IMG/VR virus record: IMGVR_UViG_3300030514_000001 | Coordinates: 64,001 to 128,000 of that record | Reading direction: 5' to 3' (one strand) | Source of the DNA: a virus | Lineage: Duplodnaviria > Heunggongvirae > Uroviricota > Caudoviricetes > Herelleviridae | Length of the DNA: 64,000 bases | In this document: piece by piece, positions 1-9,586 of the stretch | Numbering within the stretch: position 1 is the stretch's first letter | Layout: every line of letters begins with the position of its first letter | Position numbers and translations under genes: made by a program | The notes under the pieces: model-generated | Databases searched by the model: none | Told to the model about the DNA's origin: nothing | Seen by the model: the letters and a program-made list of their open reading frames with translations, nothing else

Positions 1-202
1 AGCATGTAGTACACCCGACGCATAAAGGATACGGAAACCGCTCTTTCTGGGTTCGTAAAGGGTATAGAGCGCCATCGGAAATACTGATAGAAAGAGAAGA
101 ATATGTAGATGGTAAGCTTTACAAAGTACAGAAGAAAGTTCATGAGCGATTGGGCGGAAATAGAATGGTTACGGAATACATTAAATAATTGGGGGAATTA
201 TA

Positions 203-655
203 ATGGAAACTATTACTTATGTAGGGATAATTAAGGATGATGATTATAAGAATCACACTAAGTACATTGGTGTAGATTTCGAAAGAGCTAAAGATGTAGT
301 TCTTGCAGCGAAGACATATAGCAATCAGTCGGCTATTGTAGAGTTATGGGTGGGAGAAGAGATTATTAGTTCATTCCGTTACAATACGTATCATAAAGTG
401 TGGGACGAGTCTAGTAATCTAGAAGTAGAGGCTCTTAAAAAGTCTCATGAAATGGTAGATATACTTATAGATAGATTAGGTGAGTTAGGTGTTGTCAGTG
501 ATGCTATTGGTGGACTAGAAGACCATGATTCTATTAGTAAACTACTAGGTTCATTAAATACAGTAAGAGACTTTTGTTTATCATTAGCAGTAAAAGCGAA
601 TAATAAAGCAGCTAAAAAAGCAGAGGGAGAGATTACAGATGAGAAAGAAGATTAG
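203..655 (+). CDS. hypothetical protein
   Basis: 150-aa ORF, SD GGGGG upstream. Confidence 0.8.
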   Translation: METITYVGIIKDDDYKNHTKYIGVDFERAKDVVLAAKTYSNQSAIVELWVGEEIISSFRYNTYHKVWDESSNLEVEALKKSHEMVDILIDRLGELGVVSDAIGGLEDHDSISKLLGSLNTVRDFCLSLAVKANNKAAKKAEGEITDEKED

Positions 656-818
656 TAGCCTAGTAGATTTCGAGAATATGCCTACAGAGAATTTACTAAT
701 GTACATCGATTTCTATAGGGACAAGGTTGATGAAGGTGAGCCTATGGATGACTACTATCGCAATATGCTAGAGTTAGCGGAGGGTGAGTTAGCAAAAAGA
801 ACAAAAGGATTTAAGTAA
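639..818 (+). CDS. small hypothetical protein (59 aa, not in ORF track)
   Basis: ATG at 639 after GAGGGAG; read by hand MRKKISSLVDFENMP...KGFK*. Confidence 0.7.
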   Translation: MRKKISSLVDFENMPTENLLMYIDFYRDKVDEGEPMDDYYRNMLELAEGELAKRTKGFK

Positions 819-834
819 ATGACTAAAAAAGTTA

Positions 835-863
835 TTGACTTTAAGTAAATGATAGTGTAATAT
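835..863 (+). promoter_or_regulatory. sigmaA-type early promoter (family 2 repeat)
   Basis: TTGACT-17-TAATAT followed by AGAGGAGG SD. Confidence 0.85.
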
Positions 864-893
864 AAAGGTATAAGATAAAGAGGAGGAATTATA

Positions 894-1103
894 ATGAATA
901 AAGCGATTTTATTCGGAGGATTTGCAGCAGTATTAGTAGGTGGGATACTTATCAGTAACGGTCACACAGTTCTAGGAGGCTTGGCTACTGTTTTAGGTGC
1001 TAACATGACAGGTTGGCTTGCTGGAGTTAAGAATTGCATAAGCCACTTAGCTAGAGAAGGTCACCTAACAGATGAATGGGTAGCTAAGTATAGCAAAAAA
1101 TAA
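894..1103 (+). CDS. small membrane protein
   Basis: two hydrophobic Gly-rich segments, strong SD. Confidence 0.8.
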   Translation: MNKAILFGGFAAVLVGGILISNGHTVLGGLATVLGANMTGWLAGVKNCISHLAREGHLTDEWVAKYSKK

Positions 1104-1182
1104 TGATATAAGTGTTTCAAAGTGTTGTACACTGTTGGTTAATGTGGTACACTAGACTCATATCTAATAAGGAGTTGATAGT

Positions 1183-1434
1183 ATGACTACGGTAGTACAT
1201 AAACGAAGTGGAATTAAAAGAGGTAAACCATTTCGAGGTGTTGATGTCTTAGCAGAAATGAAGTTTAAGTGGATAACAACTAGAGAAGCAGATTACGCTT
1301 ATAGAATCATCAGTGGAAAAATGCTTAGAAAAGAGATTCCTAAGGATGGTATAGGATTTGATAGAAAAGGAGCTTTCAAGGTAGACACGCCTTTAAACTT
1401 CTTTCTAGAAAATGATTTTTATGAATATGCATAG
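1183..1434 (+). CDS. hypothetical protein
   Basis: ORF with AAGGAG SD; TTGTAC-17-TACACT promoter at 1125-1153. Confidence 0.75.
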   Translation: MTTVVHKRSGIKRGKPFRGVDVLAEMKFKWITTREADYAYRIISGKMLRKEIPKDGIGFDRKGAFKVDTPLNFFLENDFYEYA

Positions 1435-1445
1435 GAGGAGAGAGG

Positions 1446-1820
1446 ATGGACATCTACTGGATTGGGGATAAGGTTGACACAACTGGAGCTTATAACAGTG
1501 TAATCGAACACGGAGAACTATTCAAAAGAGTTCATGATAAAATAGATACACCATTATACAGATTCGAGTCTAGGTTTGGTCAATATGTTTATATATCTGA
1601 CTGCTACACAATCGGAACTATAGAGGAGTTAGTTAGAGAATACGCTTATGCAGAGTTAACGACATTCTTATATGAACTTCTATTAGGGCATATAGGGATG
1701 ATTAGCTTCCTGCATAAAGTATCATTACATACAGCTAGAGAACGAGATGATGGATACAGACAAGGTATATCAAGAGCGCAGAAAGATATAAGAGAAGCTT
1801 TAGGGCTAGAGGAGGATTGA
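1446..1820 (+). CDS. hypothetical protein
   Basis: ORF with AGGAGG SD. Confidence 0.8.
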   Translation: MDIYWIGDKVDTTGAYNSVIEHGELFKRVHDKIDTPLYRFESRFGQYVYISDCYTIGTIEELVREYAYAELTTFLYELLLGHIGMISFLHKVSLHTARERDDGYRQGISRAQKDIREALGLEED

Positions 1821-1821
1821 T

Positions 1822-2028
1822 ATGTTCAAGAATATTATTATCGAACTTCACGATGGAACTAAGCTAATAAACGACCCCTATATTGGTTTTAACCATATGA
1901 CTATGGAAGGACTAAAACAGTGTCTAGAGCTTAGTGGGACATACTGTGTTTATAAAGACAAACACAACTACGATTTTTTACTAGATAGAGAGATAGCAGG
2001 TATATACTACGAGGAGGACAAGCTATGA
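1822..2028 (+). CDS. hypothetical protein, paralog of 2025-2423
   Basis: shared KNIIIEL..G....NDP..G and YYEED. Confidence 0.8.
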   Translation: MFKNIIIELHDGTKLINDPYIGFNHMTMEGLKQCLELSGTYCVYKDKHNYDFLLDREIAGIYYEEDKL

Positions 2029-2423
2029 GTAAGAAGAATATAATCATCGAACTAATCAATGGGGATAGATACGTAAATGACCCGGAACTAGGGATGAACT
2101 TAGATTCACCAGAAGAAATCGCAGAAAATTTATATGAGGAAGGTAAGTATGCGTTATATAGAGAAGGTTATGGTTATTACTATATCAGTAATCGTGACTT
2201 CGCAAGAGCTTATTATGAAGAGGATAATAGAATCGTTACAGTAGTAGGTGGCGGTCACAAGTATGTCAAACTACAACATGTCTTTGAACTTATGAAACAT
2301 GCAAAGAACATGTGGAGTCTACCATACTATGAATTTGATGAACTAACCAAGACAAAAAAGAAGATTGACAACACGATGGCATGGTTAGAGCGTAATGCGA
2401 AAACAAAGGAGGAATTAAAGTGA
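2025..2423 (+). CDS. hypothetical protein, paralog of 1822-2028 with C-terminal extension
   Basis: shared motifs; ATGA overlap. Confidence 0.8.
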   Translation: MSKKNIIIELINGDRYVNDPELGMNLDSPEEIAENLYEEGKYALYREGYGYYYISNRDFARAYYEEDNRIVTVVGGGHKYVKLQHVFELMKHAKNMWSLPYYEFDELTKTKKKIDNTMAWLERNAKTKEELK

Positions 2424-2620
2424 GTAAGCTATTATCTGTTGAATTTGGAATGAAACAAGGTGGGAAGTTTGTTGTACCTGGTATAAATGGATTCACTGAC
2501 TTTAGAGAATTCGCTAATAAAATTAATTATCGGGCTGATTCTATTGTGTTTAGTGATATGGTTATTGTACCATCCGAGATAGCTTACATAAAAGAATTGA
2601 AAGAGGGAGGGGAATCATGA
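2420..2620 (+). CDS. hypothetical protein
   Basis: coupled ORF with SD. Confidence 0.7.
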   Translation: MSKLLSVEFGMKQGGKFVVPGINGFTDFREFANKINYRADSIVFSDMVIVPSEIAYIKELKEGGES

Positions 2621-2883
2621 ACCTCTTAGTAGCAAGTTGCGATTATCATGAAGACGGATGTGTAGTAACTCACTACGAAGAAGAGTTTAAGAGTTATAAC
2701 ATAGGAGGTGTTTTCCAGCTCGTATTAAAGAAGGAAGATAACGGTTTTAGTGGATATTATAAAGTACATAAGACAAACCAAACATTTGCATACGATGGTA
2801 CAGGATTAAGTAAGAAAAGTATTTTAAGAGATTTTTGGGACAAGGCTAAGAGTTTAGGTGCAGTAGATTTAAGATTTAACTAA
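2617..2883 (+). CDS. hypothetical protein
   Basis: coupled ORF with SD. Confidence 0.7.
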   Translation: MNLLVASCDYHEDGCVVTHYEEEFKSYNIGGVFQLVLKKEDNGFSGYYKVHKTNQTFAYDGTGLSKKSILRDFWDKAKSLGAVDLRFN

Positions 2884-2931
2884 TTGACAGCTCATTGAAA
2901 ATTTAATATAATAAGAGGAGAGAAAATACAT

Positions 2932-3864
2932 ATGACAAACTCATTTGAACAAAAACATTACACAAAGGTAATTCGTTACGGAAAATCAGGTACACAAGGA
3001 TTACTTAACCCGGGAGACGAAATCGTAATTTATGAGAAAGTTGATGGTAGTAACGCGTCATTTGCACAGGATACCGGAGTGGACAAGGTTAGACGATTCT
3101 CACGTAAATTAGAACTTACAGAAGAGCGGGGATTAAACGGATTCGTAGAGTGGACAATTGACAACATCGATGGACAAGCCCTACTACCGGATGTGCTATA
3201 CTTCGGAGAATGGACAGCACCACATAAAGTTAGATACGCAGAAGAATTTACACGTACATATTTCTTATTCGACTTATACGATACAAAAGCTAAGAAGTAC
3301 TTACCATACGAAAAAGTAGAAGAGGAAGCGAAACGATTAGGATTAAACCTAGCTCCTGTCCTCTACAGAGGTAAATACATTGACTTCGAACACTTAATGA
3401 GCTTTGTAGGTAAAACAGCTCTAGGAGGTCATGTGGGCGACAAAGAAGGGGGAGAAGGTATCGTAGTTAAGAAAGTAAACGATAAAGACCAAGTGTTCTT
3501 GAAACTAGTAGACGAAGCATTCTTGGAAGTACATAACTCTAAAGGTTCTAAACAAAAAGCACCGAAAGACCCGAACAAAGCATCAGCAGAGCGCGCATTC
3601 GTACACGCTACCGTAACAGAGGCTCGTGTCGATAAAGTCTTGTACAAGCTATCTGATGAAGGAGTATTACCAGATGTGCTGGTTATCCAAGACATGGGTG
3701 ATATCTTAAAGGCTGCTGGTAACGTAGTATATCAAGACATCATGGAAGAAGAGGCGGACGAGCTATTACCTGCTGACCATGAGAAGAGAGAGGTTCGACG
3801 AGCTGTAGGTGGAGTGCTACCACAGATTGTAAAACAAGTGTTAAAGAGTCGCGGAACACTATGA
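2932..3864 (+). CDS. RNA ligase, Rnl2-like nucleotidyltransferase
   Basis: motif I EKVDGSN, III YFGEW, IIIa FLFDL, IV EGIVVK, V FLKLV. Confidence 0.85.
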   Translation: MTNSFEQKHYTKVIRYGKSGTQGLLNPGDEIVIYEKVDGSNASFAQDTGVDKVRRFSRKLELTEERGLNGFVEWTIDNIDGQALLPDVLYFGEWTAPHKVRYAEEFTRTYFLFDLYDTKAKKYLPYEKVEEEAKRLGLNLAPVLYRGKYIDFEHLMSFVGKTALGGHVGDKEGGEGIVVKKVNDKDQVFLKLVDEAFLEVHNSKGSKQKAPKDPNKASAERAFVHATVTEARVDKVLYKLSDEGVLPDVLVIQDMGDILKAAGNVVYQDIMEEEADELLPADHEKREVRRAVGGVLPQIVKQVLKSRGTL

Positions 3865-3960
3865 GTAAATACATAGACTTATATAATGAAGTCACCTATG
3901 AATATACATATAATAATACATATAACTATAAGTACGATTACGACATAATTTCACTAGATT

Positions 3961-3985
3961 AGAGGGAAAATCCCCTCTTTTCTTT
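3961..3985 (+). terminator. intrinsic terminator
   Basis: AGAGGG/CCCTCT stem plus T tract. Confidence 0.6.
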
Positions 3986-3995
3986 AAAATAATTG

Positions 3996-4024
3996 TTGAC
4001 TTAAAGTAAAGAGTGTAGTAATAT
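3996..4024 (+). promoter_or_regulatory. sigmaA-type early promoter
   Basis: TTGACT-17-TAATAT. Confidence 0.8.
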
Positions 4025-4046
4025 AGAATTATAAGGAGGAGATAAT

Positions 4047-4364
4047 ATGTGGAAGAAAATAGCTTTAGTAGCTCCCTTGCTTTTCTTAGGGGCTTGTGGT
4101 GGAGAAACAAAAATGGTTACAGTAGAGAATGCGGAGATAGTAGATATCGAAGGTATTGGGTGTACACAGAGGTTTTGTAACTACTACCTAACAGTTAAAA
4201 AAGGAGATACAACAGTAAAGTTACGTTCATCAGAGCTTACAGCGAAAGCAGCTACGAAAGGTTCTAAAGTTAAATTTACATACGACCCTACTAGCCTAGA
4301 AATAGAGAGCCTTATGTTTACAGATTTCGACCCTAAGGAGGAGAATAAAAATGATGAGAAGTAG
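4047..4364 (+). CDS. putative lipoprotein
   Basis: basic N-terminus, hydrophobic core, lipobox LGAC. Confidence 0.75.
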   Translation: MWKKIALVAPLLFLGACGGETKMVTVENAEIVDIEGIGCTQRFCNYYLTVKKGDTTVKLRSSELTAKAATKGSKVKFTYDPTSLEIESLMFTDFDPKEENKNDEK

Positions 4365-4575
4365 AGGTAAGGTGATTACTCAAATGAATGAGTTTAGTAG
4401 AATGCTATATACGATTAATATCCTTGAAAGGAAGCTTAGAGAAGAGGGTAGAATTACAATCCACTGTAAAGAGGAAGAACATTTTAAGTTGGTAGAATTA
4501 CTTCAATTCAAAGATACATATACTTTACGAGTAGGGAATAGCTTCTCTATATTTATGAAAGGAAGGGACAAATAA
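4351..4575 (+). CDS. hypothetical protein
   Basis: ORF with SD. Confidence 0.7.
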   Translation: MMRSRGKVITQMNEFSRMLYTINILERKLREEGRITIHCKEEEHFKLVELLQFKDTYTLRVGNSFSIFMKGRDK

Positions 4576-4811
4576 TGAGAGCTAGAAGATTCATATATCA
4601 TGTACACTATACAGTTCATGGGTATGACGGTACTACTGGAGATGGTGATGGTCAATTTGTCATCCCTAAAAAGAAGTTAACAGAACCATCAATAAAAAGG
4701 TTAAACGATTTTCTCAAGGAACACTGGAAAGAGAAGACAGGTCGCGCAGCTCGTGTTGTTATTATAAAATCATATCAATTAATTAGAGAAGCGAGGGGTA
4801 GAAAGCTATGA
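4575..4811 (+). CDS. hypothetical protein
   Basis: coupled ORF. Confidence 0.7.
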   Translation: MRARRFIYHVHYTVHGYDGTTGDGDGQFVIPKKKLTEPSIKRLNDFLKEHWKEKTGRAARVVIIKSYQLIREARGRKL

Positions 4812-4981
4812 CAAAAGTAGAGTTAAATGGAGAGACACGCTTTGTCACAGATATATGGGAGTTTATAGAGCTACTACCACCAGAGACACAAGAAGCTGTA
4901 TCAGATTTAGTTCACGAAGCTCTAGACGATTATGAGGTAGTTGTAATGGAAAGCTTACATAACTTATAGGAGGAATGGAAA

Positions 4982-5647
4982 ATGATTAGAATTTTAGCGA
5001 TGAGAAAAGAGAAATACGTAGGCAAGTCAGTAAGTGGACACAATTGCAACTTTGAATACACGGATACAGTTAAGGAACGTCACGTATTACTAGGGTTGGA
5101 CAAGCATAATAATAAGTTGCTGATTACCTTATGGGACGAGGAAGGAGAGTGTGGTTCTGGCTGGTGTACTGCTTCCTTTGGTCATATCACAGTTGAACAT
5201 GTCGATAGATTCGAAGGTTATACTCATAGAGCGAAAGACATGCTTATGATTCCAGACCTTCAAGACGAAGATGGCGTGCTATACTATGGAGCGGACTTCC
5301 ATAACCAAGTGTTCCGTGTTACATACGACGGGGGAGATAGTTATTACCCTAGCGGATACTATGAAGTAGATGAAAGTCTATTCATTGCAGGTGGTAGATA
5401 CTCCGAGGAGCGCCCTGTGTGGATATTCTGTGGGGAGTCTGGTCTAGGTAAAAGCTTTATTGCAGGTAATCTACAAGGGTTAGAGGTATATGAAACAGAT
5501 ACTAGTAGCACATTACCTTCTACGATTACAGCAGATGTAGTTGTTATCGGCAATAAACATGAGTTCTGGACAAGTCAAATAGAAGAAAGATTAATAGAAG
5601 GTTCTAAGTCTATCATTGTAGGATTCGAAGAAGGAGAGAGAAACTAA
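4982..5647 (+). CDS. hypothetical protein with Cys motifs and short C-terminal P-loop domain
   Basis: GHNCNF, GECGSGWC, Walker A GESGLGKS. Confidence 0.75.
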   Translation: MIRILAMRKEKYVGKSVSGHNCNFEYTDTVKERHVLLGLDKHNNKLLITLWDEEGECGSGWCTASFGHITVEHVDRFEGYTHRAKDMLMIPDLQDEDGVLYYGADFHNQVFRVTYDGGDSYYPSGYYEVDESLFIAGGRYSEERPVWIFCGESGLGKSFIAGNLQGLEVYETDTSSTLPSTITADVVVIGNKHEFWTSQIEERLIEGSKSIIVGFEEGERN

Positions 5648-5871
5648 TGGGTAAATTTCCGGGTTGGGACAAAGAAACAGTGTTAGAAACAGTAGTAGTG
5701 GACGACAAAAACAAATATGAAATCGTAGAGGCAGAGCTTGGACAGAATAAGTTCTTGCTCTACTCACCTTACTTCATGAGTAAAGAGGGCTGGAAGAAAG
5801 GTACAAGTAAGTCACTACGATTTGATGTACTAGAAGTCTTCGCAAAGGCATATGATAAGCATGTCAAGTAA
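5647..5871 (+). CDS. hypothetical protein
   Basis: coupled ORF with SD. Confidence 0.75.
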   Translation: MGKFPGWDKETVLETVVVDDKNKYEIVEAELGQNKFLLYSPYFMSKEGWKKGTSKSLRFDVLEVFAKAYDKHVK

Positions 5872-6478
5872 TCTATCGAGACGCGCTGTAAGTTTTCTGG
5901 GTGAGTTAAACAAGTTAGGTAAACGTTTTGAGAACGCACCTCAAGAGATAAGGTTGTTTGTAAGCGGGGCTAAACCAGCACTAGCCCTTACTTGCAATCA
6001 TAACTATGCAAACCTTTTAATGAAACACTATCCTAGTATTACAAGACCATTACAAGGTACAACATGTGTGTACATATTTAATGACTATAGTAAAATGTAT
6101 GCACACATGAACAATCTTAGACTAATAGATAGTAGCGCACTAGGCGAACCTATTTTAGTACATACATTCGAAACGTTAGGACTAGCATTAGGTTATCCAC
6201 CATCAGCTTGTAAGTGGTTTGAGGAGTATAGAGGTATAAGTGGTGTACCACCAGAGGATAAGAAAAACGTGTGTGTAGTTTATTATCATGGTATGCAGTT
6301 CTGTACAATGCAACACTTATTAGAAGAAAATATCCAGTGGCTTTATGATAACATACAAGTAGCAGACGAGTTTAAAACAGCAGCTTATGTGGAATACCCT
6401 TACTTCGAAGACGAAAACGGAGAGGTTATACGAGTTAGAACGAAAAAACCATCCTTGGAGGTAGAAAATGTTCGATAA
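5852..6478 (+). CDS. hypothetical protein
   Basis: 208-aa ORF with GLALGYP motif; start uncertain. Confidence 0.7.
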   Translation: MISMSSNLSRRAVSFLGELNKLGKRFENAPQEIRLFVSGAKPALALTCNHNYANLLMKHYPSITRPLQGTTCVYIFNDYSKMYAHMNNLRLIDSSALGEPILVHTFETLGLALGYPPSACKWFEEYRGISGVPPEDKKNVCVVYYHGMQFCTMQHLLEENIQWLYDNIQVADEFKTAAYVEYPYFEDENGEVIRVRTKKPSLEVENVR

Positions 6479-6602
6479 TGATTTACATAACATGGGTTAC
6501 GCTATTATATTTTTACTGGTAGTTATGGTTATTGTAAAGGTTTTAGAGAGGAAACGTAAGTAGCAGATTGGAAAACCAATAAAAATTAGGGGGCAATATA
6601 TA

Positions 6603-6899
6603 ATGAGTAGCGATACAGGAGTTTGTAGTTTTTGCGGAGATACTTTTTCTAGATGTGGTGACCATGAATCATGTGATTGTGGTAAAAGTTGGTGTAGTAA
6701 GAGCTGTGCAGAGGCGGATGGATTACAAGAAGAGGAAAACGGTTATATTCCTCCGGGAGAAGCATGGGAGCAGGATTCTAGCTGTGACTATTGTAGAAAA
6801 GAAGACTACGACGATAGCGAGCTATTAGAATATGTATTGACTAAACTACTTAATATGCATCGTTATGAGTTAGTAGCGCACTATAACGCGTCAAAATAG
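6603..6899 (+). CDS. Cys-rich putative zinc-binding protein
   Basis: CxxC, CxC, CxxxC, CxxC motifs. Confidence 0.75.
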   Translation: MSSDTGVCSFCGDTFSRCGDHESCDCGKSWCSKSCAEADGLQEEENGYIPPGEAWEQDSSCDYCRKEDYDDSELLEYVLTKLLNMHRYELVAHYNASK

Positions 6900-6917
6900 C
6901 AGTAGAAGGTTAGAAAC

Positions 6918-7050
6918 GTAGCAGCCCACTGTAAAAGGTGGGCTTTTTACTTAGTAGCAGACTGTAAAACTCGAAGCCTAGTAGCGGACTGTAAAAGGTA
7001 GTAGCTCCCCACAAAAAAACCTTAAAACGTAAGTAGCGCACCACAAAAAG
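6918..7050 (+). repeat. cluster of GTAGC-N5-7-(TGT/CAC)AAAA direct repeats
   Basis: copies at ~6918, 6954, 6981, 7001, 7033; a related copy at ~6560. Confidence 0.65.
6923..6948 (+). terminator. intrinsic terminator
   Basis: AGCCCAC/GTGGGCT stem plus T tract. Confidence 0.75.
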
Positions 7051-7267
7051 CCGCGCCCGGCAAGTACGATATAGCGATTCAAATATTCTGACAATTGATA
7101 AGTGTTACAAATTGAAAAAGTTCCCTTATATAGAAGGAAAGCGAAAAGCCTATTTTTTTTCTTTATATAGGAAGAAACACGAAAAACGAAAAATATATAA
7201 AATTGTTGTTGTCTTTTAGTAAAATACATGATACGATGGTATCAACTTAATAAGGGAGCTGGTAAAC

Positions 7268-7486
7268 ATGAGTTTAAAATTAATGGATGCAAACATGATT
7301 ATACCTATTACAGAGGGAGGCGTTACAAAACATTACATTACCGATGCGCCTCACTTCTTAGTAACAGAAATGTTTTTAAAGGTGGATAGCGTAGAGGAGC
7401 TTATAGAGTGGTTAACGGATGGGATTAACTACAATTATCAATTTCACGAATACACTTTTTCATTAAAATTAAATTTCGATGAATAA
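7268..7486 (+). CDS. early hypothetical protein
   Basis: follows promoter-RBS repeat. Confidence 0.8.
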   Translation: MSLKLMDANMIIPITEGGVTKHYITDAPHFLVTEMFLKVDSVEELIEWLTDGINYNYQFHEYTFSLKLNFDE

Positions 7487-7551
7487 AGCTGTTGACTTTT
7501 AGTAAAATAACTATTAGAATGAAAGTAACTTAAAAAGAGGAGCTGTTTTAT

Positions 7552-7764
7552 ATGTGGAAAAAGAAAGAGATTCAAGAAATGAATGATAGTGAGTTAATAA
7601 GTGCTTTTCACTGGAATGTAGTCCGCGTAACAAATGAGACAAATTCCATGCGCGGGGTTACACAAAAGAGCATTAAGGAAGAAAAATATATTTTAGATGA
7701 AATGATTAAACGTTTTAATCTTGACGTTGCTGTTTTAAAAGAAAAACAAATTATTAACGAATAG
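7552..7764 (+). CDS. early hypothetical protein
   Basis: follows promoter-RBS repeat. Confidence 0.8.
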   Translation: MWKKKEIQEMNDSELISAFHWNVVRVTNETNSMRGVTQKSIKEEKYILDEMIKRFNLDVAVLKEKQIINE

Positions 7765-7778
7765 GGGAGCGGTTTATT

Positions 7779-8078
7779 ATGACTAAACAATTTAAAACTT
7801 TAGGCGGTATGTTACGTAGTGTAAAAGCTACGTTAAAACGCGACGGTTACACACTAAGCCACGAAGGAAAATACCGATATGGAAGAGGTTTGCTTGTTAC
7901 TAGTAATGAATGGGATTTAATTACTATAGAACAAATTAATTTGCAAGGTCACCAGATAGACGTTGTTGACGTACCAGAGCTATTAGAACTATTAAAAGAG
8001 TATAACGCATATTTAAAAATTGAAACGTTTATGCTTGGAAAGACATTGAAAACAATTAGAATAAAATTTAATAATTAG
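7779..8078 (+). CDS. early hypothetical protein
   Basis: SD GGGGAG; stop lies inside next repeat. Confidence 0.8.
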   Translation: MTKQFKTLGGMLRSVKATLKRDGYTLSHEGKYRYGRGLLVTSNEWDLITIEQINLQGHQIDVVDVPELLELLKEYNAYLKIETFMLGKTLKTIRIKFNN

Positions 8079-8141
8079 TTGTTGACTTTTAGGAAATGCG
8101 CATGATACAATGAGGGTAACTTAATAAGGGGGCTGTTACAT

Positions 8142-8312
8142 ATGAAAGCGATAGATAAATCACTTGCTTGTATTAACCTAAATATAGTAGAAAGACGCTT
8201 AAAAGATTTAATCAGCATTGTTGAGAATGGCGGTACTATCAGTACAGATATAACGTTACAATACATGTTAGAGGATGTTTTAAAAGTAAAAAGAGTATTA
8301 GAGGAGGAATAA
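8142..8312 (+). CDS. early hypothetical protein (56 aa, not in track)
   Basis: ATG directly after repeat; MKAIDKSLACIN...VLEEE*. Confidence 0.75.
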   Translation: MKAIDKSLACINLNIVERRLKDLISIVENGGTISTDITLQYMLEDVLKVKRVLEEE

Positions 8313-8317
8313 AACAT

Positions 8318-8410
8318 ATGTCATTCAGAGGCTCATTAAAAGTATTGGTTATTGTTGGTTTCTTGTTTCTGGTAGGGCGTGGTATATCATACGCAATCGT
8401 ACACTTTTAA
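8318..8410 (+). CDS. 30-aa membrane peptide (not in track)
   Basis: GAGGAGG SD; MSFRGSLKVLVIVGFLFLVGRGISYAIVHF*. Confidence 0.6.
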   Translation: MSFRGSLKVLVIVGFLFLVGRGISYAIVHF

Positions 8411-8480
8411 AAATAGTTGTTGACTTTTAGTAAAATAAGGTTTAAAATGAAATTAACTTAAATAAAGGGAGCTGTTAATT

Positions 8481-8633
8481 ATGGAAATATATGATGTATA
8501 TAGAACAGAATTAAAGTTTTTCCCGCTAAAATGTAAAATGTTTATGAAATACAAAGTTGTAAGCTTACCTCTTATGACTGATAGCTTTTGGTATGATTTT
8601 ATGCAACGTATTGCAGGTATGAAAAAATATTAA
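8481..8633 (+). CDS. early hypothetical protein (50 aa, not in track)
   Basis: fills the interval between two repeats exactly. Confidence 0.75.
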   Translation: MEIYDVYRTELKFFPLKCKMFMKYKVVSLPLMTDSFWYDFMQRIAGMKKY

Positions 8634-8705
8634 AAAATAGTTGTTGACTTTTAGTGAAAGATAGCTTAAAATGAAATTAACTTAAGAAAAGGGAGATGTT
8701 TTATA

Positions 8706-8897
8706 ATGAACAAAGAAAACATGGATAAAATTCAAGGGCTTGTATTACAATGTAAGGAGGCGGGGTTGTCTTTAGATAGCGAGAATGTGAAAAAAGCTAT
8801 CGCGTGGCATTCTAGGGTATTTGATATCTCTGTAGAGGTTATAACGGAAACAATGCAAGAAATGTGGGGTAAAACACGAATTAAAAAAGGTTACTAA
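8706..8897 (+). CDS. early hypothetical protein
   Basis: cassette between repeats. Confidence 0.8.
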   Translation: MNKENMDKIQGLVLQCKEAGLSLDSENVKKAIAWHSRVFDISVEVITETMQEMWGKTRIKKGY

Positions 8898-8975
8898 AAA
8901 TAGTTGTTGACTTTTAGAAAATAGTCATGATACAATGATTACAGAAATAAAAAACATATAAAGGCGGGATATTAA

Positions 8976-9188
8976 ATGAATTATACAGAATTTTTAGAAG
9001 GTAAAAAAATGCACATAGGTATTATGAAGAAATATGATACATTAGAGGACTTCATGAACGCTTTAGACACATGTTTTGACTTATATGAACTAGGGTATTG
9101 CTCACAAGAAGAACAGCTTATCTGGGAAGAAATGAGCGAGATGTCTGCACTAGAAATATATGGTTTGTGGGTTGAATCTAAGAAATAA
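8976..9188 (+). CDS. early acidic hypothetical protein
   Basis: cassette between repeats. Confidence 0.8.
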   Translation: MNYTEFLEGKKMHIGIMKKYDTLEDFMNALDTCFDLYELGYCSQEEQLIWEEMSEMSALEIYGLWVESKK

Positions 9189-9268
9189 AATAGTTGTTGA
9201 CTTTTAGAAAACATGCATGATACAATGATTACAGAAATAAATAAAACATATGAAAGAAGGAATTTAAA

Positions 9269-9586
9269 ATGGAAATCAGAAAAATTAAGTGGAATGTAGA
9301 GTTTAAAAAAGAGATGTCAGAGCTTGAATTATACGGTATTGAAAGTGTAATCGATAATTATTGGTATGATGAAACATTTGATTTCGATAGTGAAGTGTTA
9401 GGGCTTGCTTATACATCATCTAGTCAATACGCAATGTATAACGTTTGTAACGGTGATTTCACTTATTATGATGAAGATTTAAGCGAAGATTTAACAATTA
9501 GTCATTTCGCGGTAACAAGTACAGGTCACTTAGTAATGATATGTAATGATAGAATAGAAAACGAATTTATGTTCGAACTCGTGTGA
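9269..9586 (+). CDS. early acidic hypothetical protein
   Basis: follows repeat; 3' end overlaps ribozyme. Confidence 0.8.
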   Translation: MEIRKIKWNVEFKKEMSELELYGIESVIDNYWYDETFDFDSEVLGLAYTSSSQYAMYNVCNGDFTYYDEDLSEDLTISHFAVTSTGHLVMICNDRIENEFMFELV

